A stretch of 64,000 bases of DNA from a bacterium. Its GTDB lineage: Bacteria; SAR324; XYD2-FULL-50-16; G965216635. The position numbers were made by a program, and so were the translations under genes. Every line of letters starts with the position of its first letter. Position 1 is the first letter of the stretch. Shown one piece after another: positions 27,882 through 37,760 of this stretch. The notes under the pieces were generated by a model. That model made no database searches, was not told where the DNA came from, and saw only the letters and a program-made list of their open reading frames with translations. The stretch is from the NCBI GenBank assembly GCA_965216635.1, contig OZ244188.1, forward strand, positions 1,216,001 to 1,280,000, in the 5' to 3' direction.

Positions 27882-28491
27882 ATGACAATATTGCAGAAAA
27901 ATTACTTCTCAATCTTTTAGAAAAGAGTGTTTTTGTTATCAATCAAAAGTGGTTGGATTCAAAATTTTTTATTATGAAGCAAATATCTAATACTGAAAAA
28001 GGAGATATTGCAGAGGATTTTTTAGCAGACGCATTAAAGCAAAATTGGCTATAAAAAAATAGAAATAAAGAAAGGTAGACTGGGGCAATGGGATGTTTCT
28101 TTAGATAAAAAAAGTGTTTTTTGAAGTAAAAACTGCTACTCAAGATACTAATAATAATTTTCAATTTAATGGAATTAGATACGATACAAATTATACTCAT
28201 TTATTTTGTTTAGGAATATCTCCAGATAATATTTATTATTTGATAGTAGAAAAAGAGGCTTTGGGGAAAGATAATCATAAGATGGTATCTATGGCAAAAG
28301 GCTCAAATGCTTCTTTTAAACTAACAAAAACCATAGAGAATTTAAATTCTTTTAGTAAATTTAGCGACAATATTGAAAAGATCTTATTTGGATTAAGAAT
28401 AGATAATTGGAACTATAAAAATGAAAAAAAGCAAAACCATTTTTTCCAAAGAAAAAAATGTCGTCCTGCAACGCAAGATAGCCCAAACTAA
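27878..28491 (+). pseudogene. PD-(D/E)xK restriction endonuclease interrupted by two +1 frameshifts
   Basis: ATG overlaps the MTase stop. Three frames join to give ...TEKGDIAEDFL..KQ/IGYKKIEIKKGRLGQWDVSLDKK/VFFEVKTATQD...FQFNGIRYD. Confidence 0.75.
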
Positions 28492-28496
28492 ACAAG

Positions 28497-29033
28497 CTAA
28501 TTCAAAGCTCTTACAATAAATTGTGTGCATATTTCTACTGCCTGTAAATTTGCTTGTCGCATAGCTTCTTTTTGGGAAGTTGGAATTTTAGCTAGCACAT
28601 GGGATAGAACTTGAGATTTTTCTGTGGGTCTGCCTATGCCGATGGTAATTCTAGAAAATTCTTTGCTGGATAGTTTTTGAATAATATCCTGCATTCCTCT
28701 ATGTCCAGCGTCTCCGCCATTTTTCTTGTAACGCACTTTGCCTACGGGTAAATCTAAACTATCACAGAGCACCAAAAAATTGGAAAGGGGGATTTTATAA
28801 TAGCGAAGGCAACTGCTGACAGCATCTCCGCTACGATTCATATAGGTCTGAGGATACAAAAGACAGCAGTCTTTATCTTGGTAGCTACCTTTAAAAAATA
28901 GGGAGTGAAATCTTTTTTTGCTTGCTGTGAAATCTAGCTTGTCTCTTAAAATATCCAAAGCAGCAAATCCTATGTTGTGGTAGGTGTTGTGATATTTATT
29001 AGTTGGATTGCCTAAGCCAACTATTAGTTTCAT
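28497..29033 (-). CDS. pth: Peptidyl-tRNA hydrolase
   Basis: LIVGLGNP, HNIGF, PQTYMNRSG, GHRG. Confidence 0.95.
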   Translation of the reverse strand: MKLIVGLGNPTNKYHNTYHNIGFAALDILRDKLDFTASKKRFHSLFFKGSYQDKDCCLLYPQTYMNRSGDAVSSCLRYYKIPLSNFLVLCDSLDLPVGKVRYKKNGGDAGHRGMQDIIQKLSSKEFSRITIGIGRPTEKSQVLSHVLAKIPTSQKEAMRQANLQAVEICTQFIVRALN

Positions 29034-29713
29034 TATTTTTTAGAATCTTTACTATCCTTTCTATCTTCTTTCGCTTCAGGCTCTTTTTGTTTGACTGCTT
29101 CTACTTTGCTAGCATTTGCTTCTTCTGCAACTACAGCTGGTTCTTCTGCAACATCCTCGGCAATTCCAGATGTTGTAACAAGGGTAAAGTTTCTACCTGT
29201 TACTACTGGTTTGACTCCTTCGGGATAATTGACATCTAAAACATGGATACTAGAGCCAAACTCTAAATTTGTTGTATCCACTTCAATATAATCGGGAATA
29301 TCTTTTGCTTTGCAAGCGATAGGCACGCTATGGCGAATAATTTGAATGATTCCTCCTAGTTCTACTACTTGAGAATCACCTACAAGACGAATAGGTATCT
29401 CTAAATGCAATAGTGTATTGTCCGTTACTTCCAAAAAATCTACATGGATAAATTGTTTTTTAATGTTGGAGTATTGATAGTCTTGAACTATAGCTCTTTT
29501 CTTTTCTAATTTTCCTTCTTTATCAATTTCTATATTTATAATCTTTGTTTTTCCTCCACTCATTAAAAAGAAAGAATCAATGGCAGAACGAGTGCCACAA
29601 ACGGGGATATTTTCTTGCCCTCCGTAGATAATGGCGGGATATTTCCCAACGGCCTGTAGTTTTCGGTTAGCTTCTTTGCCAATTTGAGTTCTGTAGTTCA
29701 GTTTGAGTTCCAT
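29033..29713 (-). CDS. rplY: 50S ribosomal protein L25 (Ctc type)
   Basis: PAIIYG, HVDF, IPDYIEVD; adjacent to pth. Confidence 0.95.
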   Translation of the reverse strand: MELKLNYRTQIGKEANRKLQAVGKYPAIIYGGQENIPVCGTRSAIDSFFLMSGGKTKIINIEIDKEGKLEKKRAIVQDYQYSNIKKQFIHVDFLEVTDNTLLHLEIPIRLVGDSQVVELGGIIQIIRHSVPIACKAKDIPDYIEVDTTNLEFGSSIHVLDVNYPEGVKPVVTGRNFTLVTTSGIAEDVAEEPAVVAEEANASKVEAVKQKEPEAKEDRKDSKDSKK

Positions 29714-29807
29714 AGGTTGCTAGAATTATTTTGTTTATTACTATATAGTTAGTATAGTGATTTTAGTAAAAACAGTCAAGCCTTACTTAAATTACATACA
29801 TAAAAAT

Positions 29808-30018
29808 CCAAAACAAGCTTATTGCTTTCATTCTATACAGGCTTTAGCAAAAGAGCCACTGGCTCTTTTATATTTCTTTTTGGGATTATGCAAGTTTTGT
29901 GGCGACTGATTCCATTATTGTGGCACTACAAAACTTGACGTTCTAGCCAAGAATAAAATGCGAAACAGCCGCTGGCAGTTTCATAAATAGCTTGTCCAAA
30001 GTTTTTGTGCACTACGCT
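29808..30018. repeat. Mosaic repeat internal modules without TIRs
   Basis: CCAAAACAAGCTT.ATTGCTT, CCATTATTGTGGCACTAC and GAAACAGCC..TGGCAGTTTCATAAATAG are shared with 63174-63461. Confidence 0.7.
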
Positions 30019-30103
30019 TGTTTTAGTTTTCTTATAATGCTAAAGTTTAACAGAACTCTAACTGTGCAATGATTTTATAAAAAAGTCAAGCCCTACTCCT
30101 ACA

Positions 30104-32725
30104 ATGAAACTTTATTTTATTTTATTTTTTCTTTTTTTCGTGGCTTTTCCTATAACTATAGTAAAAAGCCAGTCTATAAAACCTACTCTATTTTTTAAGG
30201 GTTACGATTATTCTGCAAAAGAAAAAGAAATTCTTGAAACTTTTGATAGTTATAAAAAAGATTATTCCAAAGCCTTGAGATTTCTTTTAACGGAAAAAAA
30301 ACATTTTTCTAATGAATTGCTTTTTCATAGATTTCATGCAGAAATTTTGTTCTTGCAAGGAAAAGAAAGAGAGCTTCTAAATTATTTGACTGCTCTTATA
30401 GAAAATGCTGAGCTTTCAAAAGATAACCAAGCTAACCCGCAAAAACGTATTTCCCAATATGTAGCTTTAAGGGGTATTTTTCTTTACAGATTAAATTACA
30501 AAAATTCTGCTTCCCAAGATTTGTATAAAGCTTACAACTTCAAATATACAAATTTAGAATTTTTACTTTATTTTCATAGCCTACTAAAAGAAAGGAGGGC
30601 AGATAAAAATTTTATTTATACTGTTATTACAAAAGCTCTGGAAAAGGATATAAAAAACGATAAACTTTGGTTTGAAAAAGCCAAACTAGAATCCCAAGAA
30701 AAGAAACCCGAGGAAGCCTATACATCTTTACGGGAAGCTCTTTCTTTAAGAGAAGATCCATTTTATTTTGAACTTGCATTGACTTTAGATAAAATCTATA
30801 ACCCGTATATTTACACCTCTAATGTGATAAATATCATAGAAAAATACCCACGAATTTTTATTTTTCAAGTGAGGTACTATCAACTCGCTAAAAAAAACAA
30901 TTATTTAATAGAGTTCACAAAATTTCTAAAACAGAGAATTCAAAAACTTCCCCCGACTAATAGTGAGAATTTAGCGAATTTTTATTATTTACTAGCCCAA
31001 GCCCAAGGAGATTTAAAACAAAAAGAAGCAGCAATAGAGAACTATCAAAAAGGGTTAGCTGTTTTTTCTAATCCTTTAGCCGAAGTTCGTTTAGCACGTC
31101 TTTTATGGGAGCTGGGTAGAAAGAAAGAATCGGTGTTGTATCTTGTAGAAGCAGCATCTAAAAATTATTCTGATCTTTTTATTTACCGCAGCCTCGCACA
31201 GCATTATTCTAATTCAGGTTTATATTTAACCGCAGAGCAGTATATTTTACAGGGATTAGAAATCAACCCTCAAGACGCTTCTTTGTTGTTTGAATATGCG
31301 CTGATCTCAGAAAAAATAGGACACTATGACGAAGCTATTAAAGCGGTAAAAGAGTTATTGAAAATAAAAAGAGATACTAGGTTTTTAAATCATTTAGGAA
31401 GGCTTTTGACATTGACGGAAGACTATTCACAAGCAGATCAATATCTAAGAGAATCTTTAAAAATAAAAGAGAACACCACTGCTCGCTATTACCTAGCTCT
31501 CAATGATTATTATCAACAAAATTTTTCAAAGTCTCTCCAGCATTTAAAAATGATTATAGGGAGTAAGAATGCTTTCTCTGAAATCTATACACTCGCAGCA
31601 GCTGCAAATTTTAACCAAAAAAAATTTGAAAAAGCACTTGATTATATTGATGAACTACAAAAATACAGCGAAAAAACTAATATCCAAAACTTCAGTATTT
31701 TAGCTAAAAAAATAAAAATAGAATCCTTGCTTCATTTAGGGAAATGGGATTTAGCTGCTGAAACTATTGAACTCTATAATAAAGGAGATTCATTTAATTT
31801 TTATTATAAACGGCAAATGATTTTTCTACTTTTTTTAAAAGGTGATAGAAAAGTAGAAGACGCGATAGAAGAATATTTAGACAACTTTCAACCTGATATT
31901 AGAATGATTGAGATTTTGTACTATCTCAAAAAAGGCAAAAATTATCTTTGGAACTTTCTTGATGAAGAAGATGCGGTTCTTTATGAAAAAAAGATTTTTA
32001 ATCAATTCTTGGCAGATATAGATAGGCTAGATGATTCCACTTTGTTCAATAATGACACTCTATCTAATAATGGGACTTTTTCAAAATATGCTTGGGCAAT
32101 AGAGCAAGAAGCAACGACAGACTTGCTCCAAAAAGCACCCAGTGATACTTTTTGGCGTAATTATATTTCAGGGTTAGAGGCTTTTAGAAATAGAGACTAC
32201 GAAAAATCTTTCTTATTGCTAAACTCTGCGCTTGAAAAAGAAAAGGCTCCTTGGGGTTACTTTTTATTGGGGATGCTGTTTGAAAGACAAAAAAATTATT
32301 CTAATTCTGCCGATTCTTATAAAAAATTTCTTTCTGCTTACCCCAATAATGGAACTGTTTTAGAAAGGTTAGCTGTAGTTTATGATTTAGACGAACAGTC
32401 TGATTTATCTGAGAAAATTTATCATAGAATTTTACAACGGAACCCGAACAACGCTACTGCTCTTAACAATCTTTCTTGGCTTTATCTAACTAAGAAACAA
32501 AGTCCAGAAAACCAAAAAAAGGCTTTAAAATTAGCTAAAAAAGCTGTTACGATTCGTAAAGTTTCAGCTCATCTAGATACACTCGCAGAAGCATATTTTC
32601 AAAATAAACAATATAAAAAGGCAATAAAATTTATAGAGCAAGCTGTAGCACTGGATAGGAATAATTTGGATCACTTTAAATTACAAAGAAATAAGTTTTT
32701 AGAAAAGATAGTAAAGTCTAAATAA
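30104..32725 (+). CDS. Exported tetratricopeptide-repeat protein
   Basis: Signal peptide, many TPR motifs, ALNNLSWLY...LDTLAEAY. Confidence 0.85.
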   Translation: MKLYFILFFLFFVAFPITIVKSQSIKPTLFFKGYDYSAKEKEILETFDSYKKDYSKALRFLLTEKKHFSNELLFHRFHAEILFLQGKERELLNYLTALIENAELSKDNQANPQKRISQYVALRGIFLYRLNYKNSASQDLYKAYNFKYTNLEFLLYFHSLLKERRADKNFIYTVITKALEKDIKNDKLWFEKAKLESQEKKPEEAYTSLREALSLREDPFYFELALTLDKIYNPYIYTSNVINIIEKYPRIFIFQVRYYQLAKKNNYLIEFTKFLKQRIQKLPPTNSENLANFYYLLAQAQGDLKQKEAAIENYQKGLAVFSNPLAEVRLARLLWELGRKKESVLYLVEAASKNYSDLFIYRSLAQHYSNSGLYLTAEQYILQGLEINPQDASLLFEYALISEKIGHYDEAIKAVKELLKIKRDTRFLNHLGRLLTLTEDYSQADQYLRESLKIKENTTARYYLALNDYYQQNFSKSLQHLKMIIGSKNAFSEIYTLAAAANFNQKKFEKALDYIDELQKYSEKTNIQNFSILAKKIKIESLLHLGKWDLAAETIELYNKGDSFNFYYKRQMIFLLFLKGDRKVEDAIEEYLDNFQPDIRMIEILYYLKKGKNYLWNFLDEEDAVLYEKKIFNQFLADIDRLDDSTLFNNDTLSNNGTFSKYAWAIEQEATTDLLQKAPSDTFWRNYISGLEAFRNRDYEKSFLLLNSALEKEKAPWGYFLLGMLFERQKNYSNSADSYKKFLSAYPNNGTVLERLAVVYDLDEQSDLSEKIYHRILQRNPNNATALNNLSWLYLTKKQSPENQKKALKLAKKAVTIRKVSAHLDTLAEAYFQNKQYKKAIKFIEQAVALDRNNLDHFKLQRNKFLEKIVKSK

Positions 32726-32796
32726 AATTTGTATTTTTTTATTTTTTCTATTAAAATTCAAATTTGTTTGATTTTAGGTTTTAACTATTTAAATAG

Positions 32797-33720
32797 ATGA
32801 AAAAAGAAAAAAATAATTTCAAAAAAAGGATATTAAAAATATGGAAAGGATATTCTTTTTTTATTTTATTAGCTGCAACTTTTGTTGTGCTTCTTACCGT
32901 CGGCATAGCTGAAAAATTTTATCGAGAAACAGGGAGTTTTTCTAAGAAAGAACATACTTCCAATAAAATTGCTTTAATTTCTATTAAGGGAGTAATATTA
33001 TCATCGGAAGATTTAGTAGAATATTTGGATGAGATAGAAAAAAACGATGAGATTGTAGGTCTTATTTTAAGAATTAATAGCCCAGGTGGAGCTGTAGCTC
33101 CAGTTCAAGAAATTTATGAAAAACTTTTAAGAATTAGAGAAACAAAAACTATCTATAGTTCGATTTCTAGCTTGGCTGCTTCCGGTGGCTATTACATTGC
33201 TTCTGCGAGTGATAAAATATTCGCTAATAAAGGCTCCATTGTAGGTAGCATCGGAGTTATTTTTCAATACTTTCGTTACGATGGGTTAATGCAAAAAATT
33301 GGAGTATCAGCGGTAGTGATTAAATCGGGTGAGCATAAAGATATCTTTAGCTCTTACAGGGCTATGAGCGAAGAGGAGAGAGAAATTATTCAAGATTTAG
33401 TGGATGAATCCCACCAGCAGTTTGTATCTGATGTGTCTCAAGGTAGAGGAGTAGCTTATGAAGACGTTGCTTCTGTGGCTGATGGTAGAATTTTTTCGGG
33501 TAAAAAAGCCAAGCAGTACGGTTTAATTGATAAAATAGGAGATTTAGACGCTGCTATTGAAGGTATCAAAAAAAGTTTAAATCTTGATGCTATAGAAATT
33601 GTTCATCCTCCTCAGAAATGGATAGATAAATATTTTGATGGTTTTGTTAACTCTTCATTTTTTCAGACTCTACAAATGTCTTTACTCCCTAGAGGACTTG
33701 TTGCCATCTCTCCTCTCTAA
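32797..33720 (+). CDS. sppA: Signal peptide peptidase SppA (S49)
   Basis: RINSPGG, AASGGYYIA, GSIGV, KSGEHKD. Confidence 0.95.
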   Translation: MKKEKNNFKKRILKIWKGYSFFILLAATFVVLLTVGIAEKFYRETGSFSKKEHTSNKIALISIKGVILSSEDLVEYLDEIEKNDEIVGLILRINSPGGAVAPVQEIYEKLLRIRETKTIYSSISSLAASGGYYIASASDKIFANKGSIVGSIGVIFQYFRYDGLMQKIGVSAVVIKSGEHKDIFSSYRAMSEEEREIIQDLVDESHQQFVSDVSQGRGVAYEDVASVADGRIFSGKKAKQYGLIDKIGDLDAAIEGIKKSLNLDAIEIVHPPQKWIDKYFDGFVNSSFFQTLQMSLLPRGLVAISPL

Positions 33721-33722
33721 AA

Positions 33723-35525
33723 ATGGAATCTATTGTAAATAAAAACGGAACACGCACAGTATCATCTTTTAAAAGATACAGATGTTCTGAAATCAGTGAA
33801 AAAAATTTAAATCAAGCAATTGTTTTACAGGGTTGGGTTAACCGTCGTCGCGATCACGGCAATGTGATTTTCATAGATTTGCGAGATGTATCTGGGATGA
33901 TTCAAATAGTTTTTGATCTTGAAGTGGACAAAAAATCTCATAAAATTGCAGAAACCATTCGTCCCGAATATGTGCTGCAAATTAAAGGGGTTCTCAAAAA
34001 CAGAAATGAGGAGAGTGTGAATCCTCAAATGAAAACAGGAAAATGGGAACTTTTTGTTAATCAAGTAGAAATACTCAATACTAGCAAAACTCCACCTTTT
34101 TTCATTAACGAAGAAGGAGAGGTTGGCGAAAAAATTTTATTGCAGTATAGGTATTTAGATTTACGAAGACCCCAACTCCAAAAAAATCTTATACTTCGCT
34201 CTCAAGCCAATTCTCTTGTTCGCAATTTTTTAGTAAAAGAAAATTTTTTAGAAATAGAAACCCCCATCCTTACCCGTTCTACTCCTGAAGGAGCTAGAGA
34301 TTTTATTGTTCCCTCACGGTTACAATCTGGAAATTTTTATGCTTTACCACAATCTCCACAACTTTTTAAACAGGCTTTAATGATAAGCGGTTTAGATAGA
34401 TACTATCAAATTAGCCGTTGTTTTAGAGACGAAGACCTACGCCAGAATCGTCAACCAGAATTTTCTCAGATTGATTTGGAGTTGTCTTTTAGCAGTAGAG
34501 AAACCATTTTTGAAATTGTAGAGCAAATAATTTCTTTGCTTTGGAAAGAATTACTTGGTATCAATCTCCCGCTGCCTTTTCCTATCATAGACTACGCGGA
34601 AGCTATGCAAAAATATGGTAGCGATAAACCTGATATCCGCATTGGGATGGAATTAAAAGAAATCACCGATATTGTGAAAAATTCTGAATTCCAAGTTTTT
34701 ACAAAATCCATAGAGCAAGGAGGAATTGTTAAGGCGATTTGTGTTACAGCTGGTGCAGATTTTAGTAGAGGAGAATTAGATGTTTTGACAAAAATCGCAA
34801 TAGAAAACAAAGCAAAGGGTATGGCTTGGGTAAAACTTGTAGCTGAAGGCTGGCAATCTCCAATAGCAAAATTTTTTAGTGAAAAACAACAAAACCAAAT
34901 TGTAGCAACCCTGCAAGCCAAGCAAGGAGATTTGATTCTTTTTGCTGCGGATAGAGTGAGCATAGTAAATAATGTCTTATCTGTTTTAAGGCAAGACATT
35001 GCGGCAAAAAAAAATCTTACCAAGAAAGATGATTTTCAATTTTGCTGGATTGTAGATTTTCCTCTTTTTGAATATTCTGAAGAAGAAAAAAGATTAACCA
35101 GCGTGCATCATCCTTTTACTCTACCCTACCTAAAAGATTGGGAAAAATATCACAAAGAAGAACCTCTTAAAATCAAATCTCTCACCTATGATTTAGTCCT
35201 CAATGGCGAAGAACTTGGTGGAGGCGGAATGCGGATTCATAAAAAAGAATTACAACAACTTGTTTTTGAAAAATTGGGGATTGGAGAAGAAGCTAAAGAA
35301 AAATTTGCATTTTTGCTAGAGGCTTTAGAATATGGAGCACCTCCGCACGGTGGAATAGCCTTAGGTATGGATAGAATTATGATGTACTTGGCGAAAACTC
35401 AATCTATCAGAGATGTAATTGCTTTTCCAAAAACGCAAAACGCTTCTTGCTTAATGACAGAAGCTCCTGCAGAAATATCTAAAAAACAACTTCAAGAGCT
35501 TTCTATTGGCGTAAAAGAACTTTAA
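33723..35525 (+). CDS. aspS: Aspartate-tRNA ligase
   Basis: RRRDHG, STPEGARDF, FRDEDLR, PPHGGIALGMDR. Confidence 0.98.
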   Translation: MESIVNKNGTRTVSSFKRYRCSEISEKNLNQAIVLQGWVNRRRDHGNVIFIDLRDVSGMIQIVFDLEVDKKSHKIAETIRPEYVLQIKGVLKNRNEESVNPQMKTGKWELFVNQVEILNTSKTPPFFINEEGEVGEKILLQYRYLDLRRPQLQKNLILRSQANSLVRNFLVKENFLEIETPILTRSTPEGARDFIVPSRLQSGNFYALPQSPQLFKQALMISGLDRYYQISRCFRDEDLRQNRQPEFSQIDLELSFSSRETIFEIVEQIISLLWKELLGINLPLPFPIIDYAEAMQKYGSDKPDIRIGMELKEITDIVKNSEFQVFTKSIEQGGIVKAICVTAGADFSRGELDVLTKIAIENKAKGMAWVKLVAEGWQSPIAKFFSEKQQNQIVATLQAKQGDLILFAADRVSIVNNVLSVLRQDIAAKKNLTKKDDFQFCWIVDFPLFEYSEEEKRLTSVHHPFTLPYLKDWEKYHKEEPLKIKSLTYDLVLNGEELGGGGMRIHKKELQQLVFEKLGIGEEAKEKFAFLLEALEYGAPPHGGIALGMDRIMMYLAKTQSIRDVIAFPKTQNASCLMTEAPAEISKKQLQELSIGVKEL

Positions 35526-35540
35526 AATTTTTTTAAATAG

Positions 35541-35804
35541 ATGAACCTGAAAAATAAATTTTTGAACCATCCTGAAAAATTGCAGGATTTAGAAATAGAG
35601 TTAAAAGTAGAAATCGCCTCTAAACAAATTCCTTTGAAAGATATATTAAATTTAAAAGAGGGAGGTGTTTTTATTTTTGATGAAAATTTATCTGAACCTC
35701 TAAGCATTATCATTCAAGACAAAAAAATAGCAGAAGCTACCTTAGTTCAAATTAACGATGGTTACGGAGTAAAGATAACCAAAATCCTGGAACCCTTATA
35801 TTAA
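35541..35804 (+). CDS. FliM/FliN (SpoA-domain) protein
   Basis: LQDLEIELKVEI...ILNLKEG...YGVKITKI. Confidence 0.8.
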   Translation: MNLKNKFLNHPEKLQDLEIELKVEIASKQIPLKDILNLKEGGVFIFDENLSEPLSIIIQDKKIAEATLVQINDGYGVKITKILEPLY

Positions 35805-36154
35805 CGTTCTGTTTAGCCTACGCGGCAATTTTTTTTATTGTATCAACGGACATCAAAATTTTTTTATTGCTTCCTTGTTCCTATCCATTCACACGAGAAC
35901 GCACAGTACTAGCAAAATCTGCTTGGAATTGTTTTTTTACTGGAGTAGGAGAATGGGAGGTTCCTAGTCTGATTTATGCCATCATTAACAACGCTAATTT
36001 TCACGATAAGGAAGGCATGCTCCCTCCATACCCATATTACAGTTTAACTTTAATTTTTGATTCCTTTGGGATAAAGAAATTTGACAACAATATAACCCAT
36101 TCCTACAATCTGCAAGAAATTTTCTACTACTATAACAAAAACTAAAGAATAATA

Positions 36155-36294
36155 TAGACCTTTGAATTTGCGTTATGTGACGGCTAGGCAAGGCGAAAAA
36201 AATTTTTAGCTCGCAGGAATACTAAAGTATTTCAAGAGTTAAAAATTTCTTTCAACGCTGCATAGGCTAAACAGAATGCAAATTCAAAAGTCTA
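36155..36294. mobile_element. MITE-like mosaic repeat, complete copy (140 bp)
   Basis: TAGACCTTTGAATTTGC ... GCAAATTCAAAAGTCTA terminal inverted repeats; overlaps the 3' end of the 36267-36563 ORF. Confidence 0.8.
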
Positions 36295-36563
36295 TAATAT
36301 CCGTTGAAATCAAACCACTTCAACCCTATTCCAAAAACTATAGTTGTATTGACGGCAATAAGGGTAGAAATCCAAGCAATAATAGCCCAAGACCACCATT
36401 TTCTTAATTTAAAAAAATCTTTTTTGCCTTTTAGTTCTACAACCTGTTCATCTACATCTTGTTTGGATGGTTTTATTTCTTCAGGATTTTTTGCTTCTTT
36501 TTCTAGTTTATCAACTTTCTTATTACTAATTTGCCGAGATGCTTGATTAGACGCCATATTCAA
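36267..36563 (-). CDS. Membrane protein, probably C-terminally truncated by the repeat
   Basis: One TM (WWSWAIIAWISTLIAVNTTIVFGIG); the last codons and the stop come from the TIR. Confidence 0.6.
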   Translation of the reverse strand: MNMASNQASRQISNKKVDKLEKEAKNPEEIKPSKQDVDEQVVELKGKKDFFKLRKWWSWAIIAWISTLIAVNTTIVFGIGLKWFDFNGYYRLLNLHSV

Positions 36564-37056
36564 AACGCATTCTATGATTTACAGTTGGCTCAGATACTCT
36601 AAATAGGGTTGCCAATTCTGCAATGGAAGCAATTTTGTAAAATTGTTTTAGCATAAATTTAGGCACTAACAAATTTGCTGCAAAATAATCTGCTTCTTGC
36701 TCTATAGGTTCTTTTTCTTTACTAGGTTGCATAATAGCTTCTCTTGGCAAAACCGTATAACCAGCAGAATTTAGTTCTTTTTTATGGAGTTTCCAATGCC
36801 CTAGTTCGTGAGCAATGGTAAAAACTTGCCGCGGTAAAAATTCTTCTTTGTTGATATAAATTGCATTTTTTTTATCAATAAAAAAACCAGAATATTTTTT
36901 TGATTCACCAGTAAATTCAGCAAAATAAACCCTTATTCCAAAAGCATTGGCTATTGCGATTGGATCCACTGGAGGTTCTTCGTACCCAAAACTCTCCAAT
37001 ATTTCTAATGCAGATTTTCTTGCTGTATCGTAATCAGGCTGTGTGTTTGTTGTCAT
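36547..37056 (-). CDS. ImmA/IrrE-family zinc metallopeptidase (M78)
   Basis: RQVFTIAHELGH, EQEADYFAANLLVP. Confidence 0.92.
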   Translation of the reverse strand: MTTNTQPDYDTARKSALEILESFGYEEPPVDPIAIANAFGIRVYFAEFTGESKKYSGFFIDKKNAIYINKEEFLPRQVFTIAHELGHWKLHKKELNSAGYTVLPREAIMQPSKEKEPIEQEADYFAANLLVPKFMLKQFYKIASIAELATLFRVSEPTVNHRMRFEYGV

Positions 37057-37136
37057 AATAAATTTTTATATGATTGACTATGTTTTAATAGTAAAGATAT
37101 TTTACAATTTTTTCAAGTATTTTTCCAACCTATTTG

Positions 37137-37760
37137 TCAAAAAGGACGAAACACCTCTATCTTAAAAAATAATTCTAAAAGATTTTCTGAGGTTATCTGA
37201 TGAGTGTTTTCTTCACCAATATTTTTCTTTCCAATAGTTTGTGTGGTATTTTCAGTGAGATCAAAATCTTCAGGGTTTAATAACAACTTACCCGAAAAAA
37301 TATAAGCATTTTCAAAGGATCTCGTGCTAGCTATTTTCTTTTTGTTGAGTTTTAAGATTACTTTTCGCACATTGTCTTTAATATTCAATTCACATGTAAC
37401 CCAAGAAACCGCACTTAAATTTTCTACTTTTTTACTTTCCAAAGTGATTTTTTCGTATTTTTGAGTATCAAAAAAATTTTCTTTGACTAGTAAATCTGTG
37501 TTTTTATATTGGCTGGCTATACTTGTAGTATCAATCTTTATGTTCAAAAATTCTATTTCTTGAGAGCTACCAAGGGCTATATCTACCTCAAAATTTGTAA
37601 AAGTGCCTTTTATTTTTTCTTTAGCTGTTTTTCTAGTTTGAGGTAAGTGATAAAACTGAAAATCAATTTGACTAGCCTTAGAGTTTAGCTGGTAGCTATC
37701 GGCTAAAGCAGAAGAAGTGAAAAAAAAAAGACAGAAAAATATAAAAAAGCTAAGGCGCAT
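37137..37760 (-). CDS. YceI-family periplasmic protein
   Basis: Signal peptide, SQIDF, GTF.NF, IDTTSI, FFDTQKY. Confidence 0.75.
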   Translation of the reverse strand: MRLSFFIFFCLFFFTSSALADSYQLNSKASQIDFQFYHLPQTRKTAKEKIKGTFTNFEVDIALGSSQEIEFLNIKIDTTSIASQYKNTDLLVKENFFDTQKYEKITLESKKVENLSAVSWVTCELNIKDNVRKVILKLNKKKIASTRSFENAYIFSGKLLLNPEDFDLTENTTQTIGKKNIGEENTHQITSENLLELFFKIEVFRPF

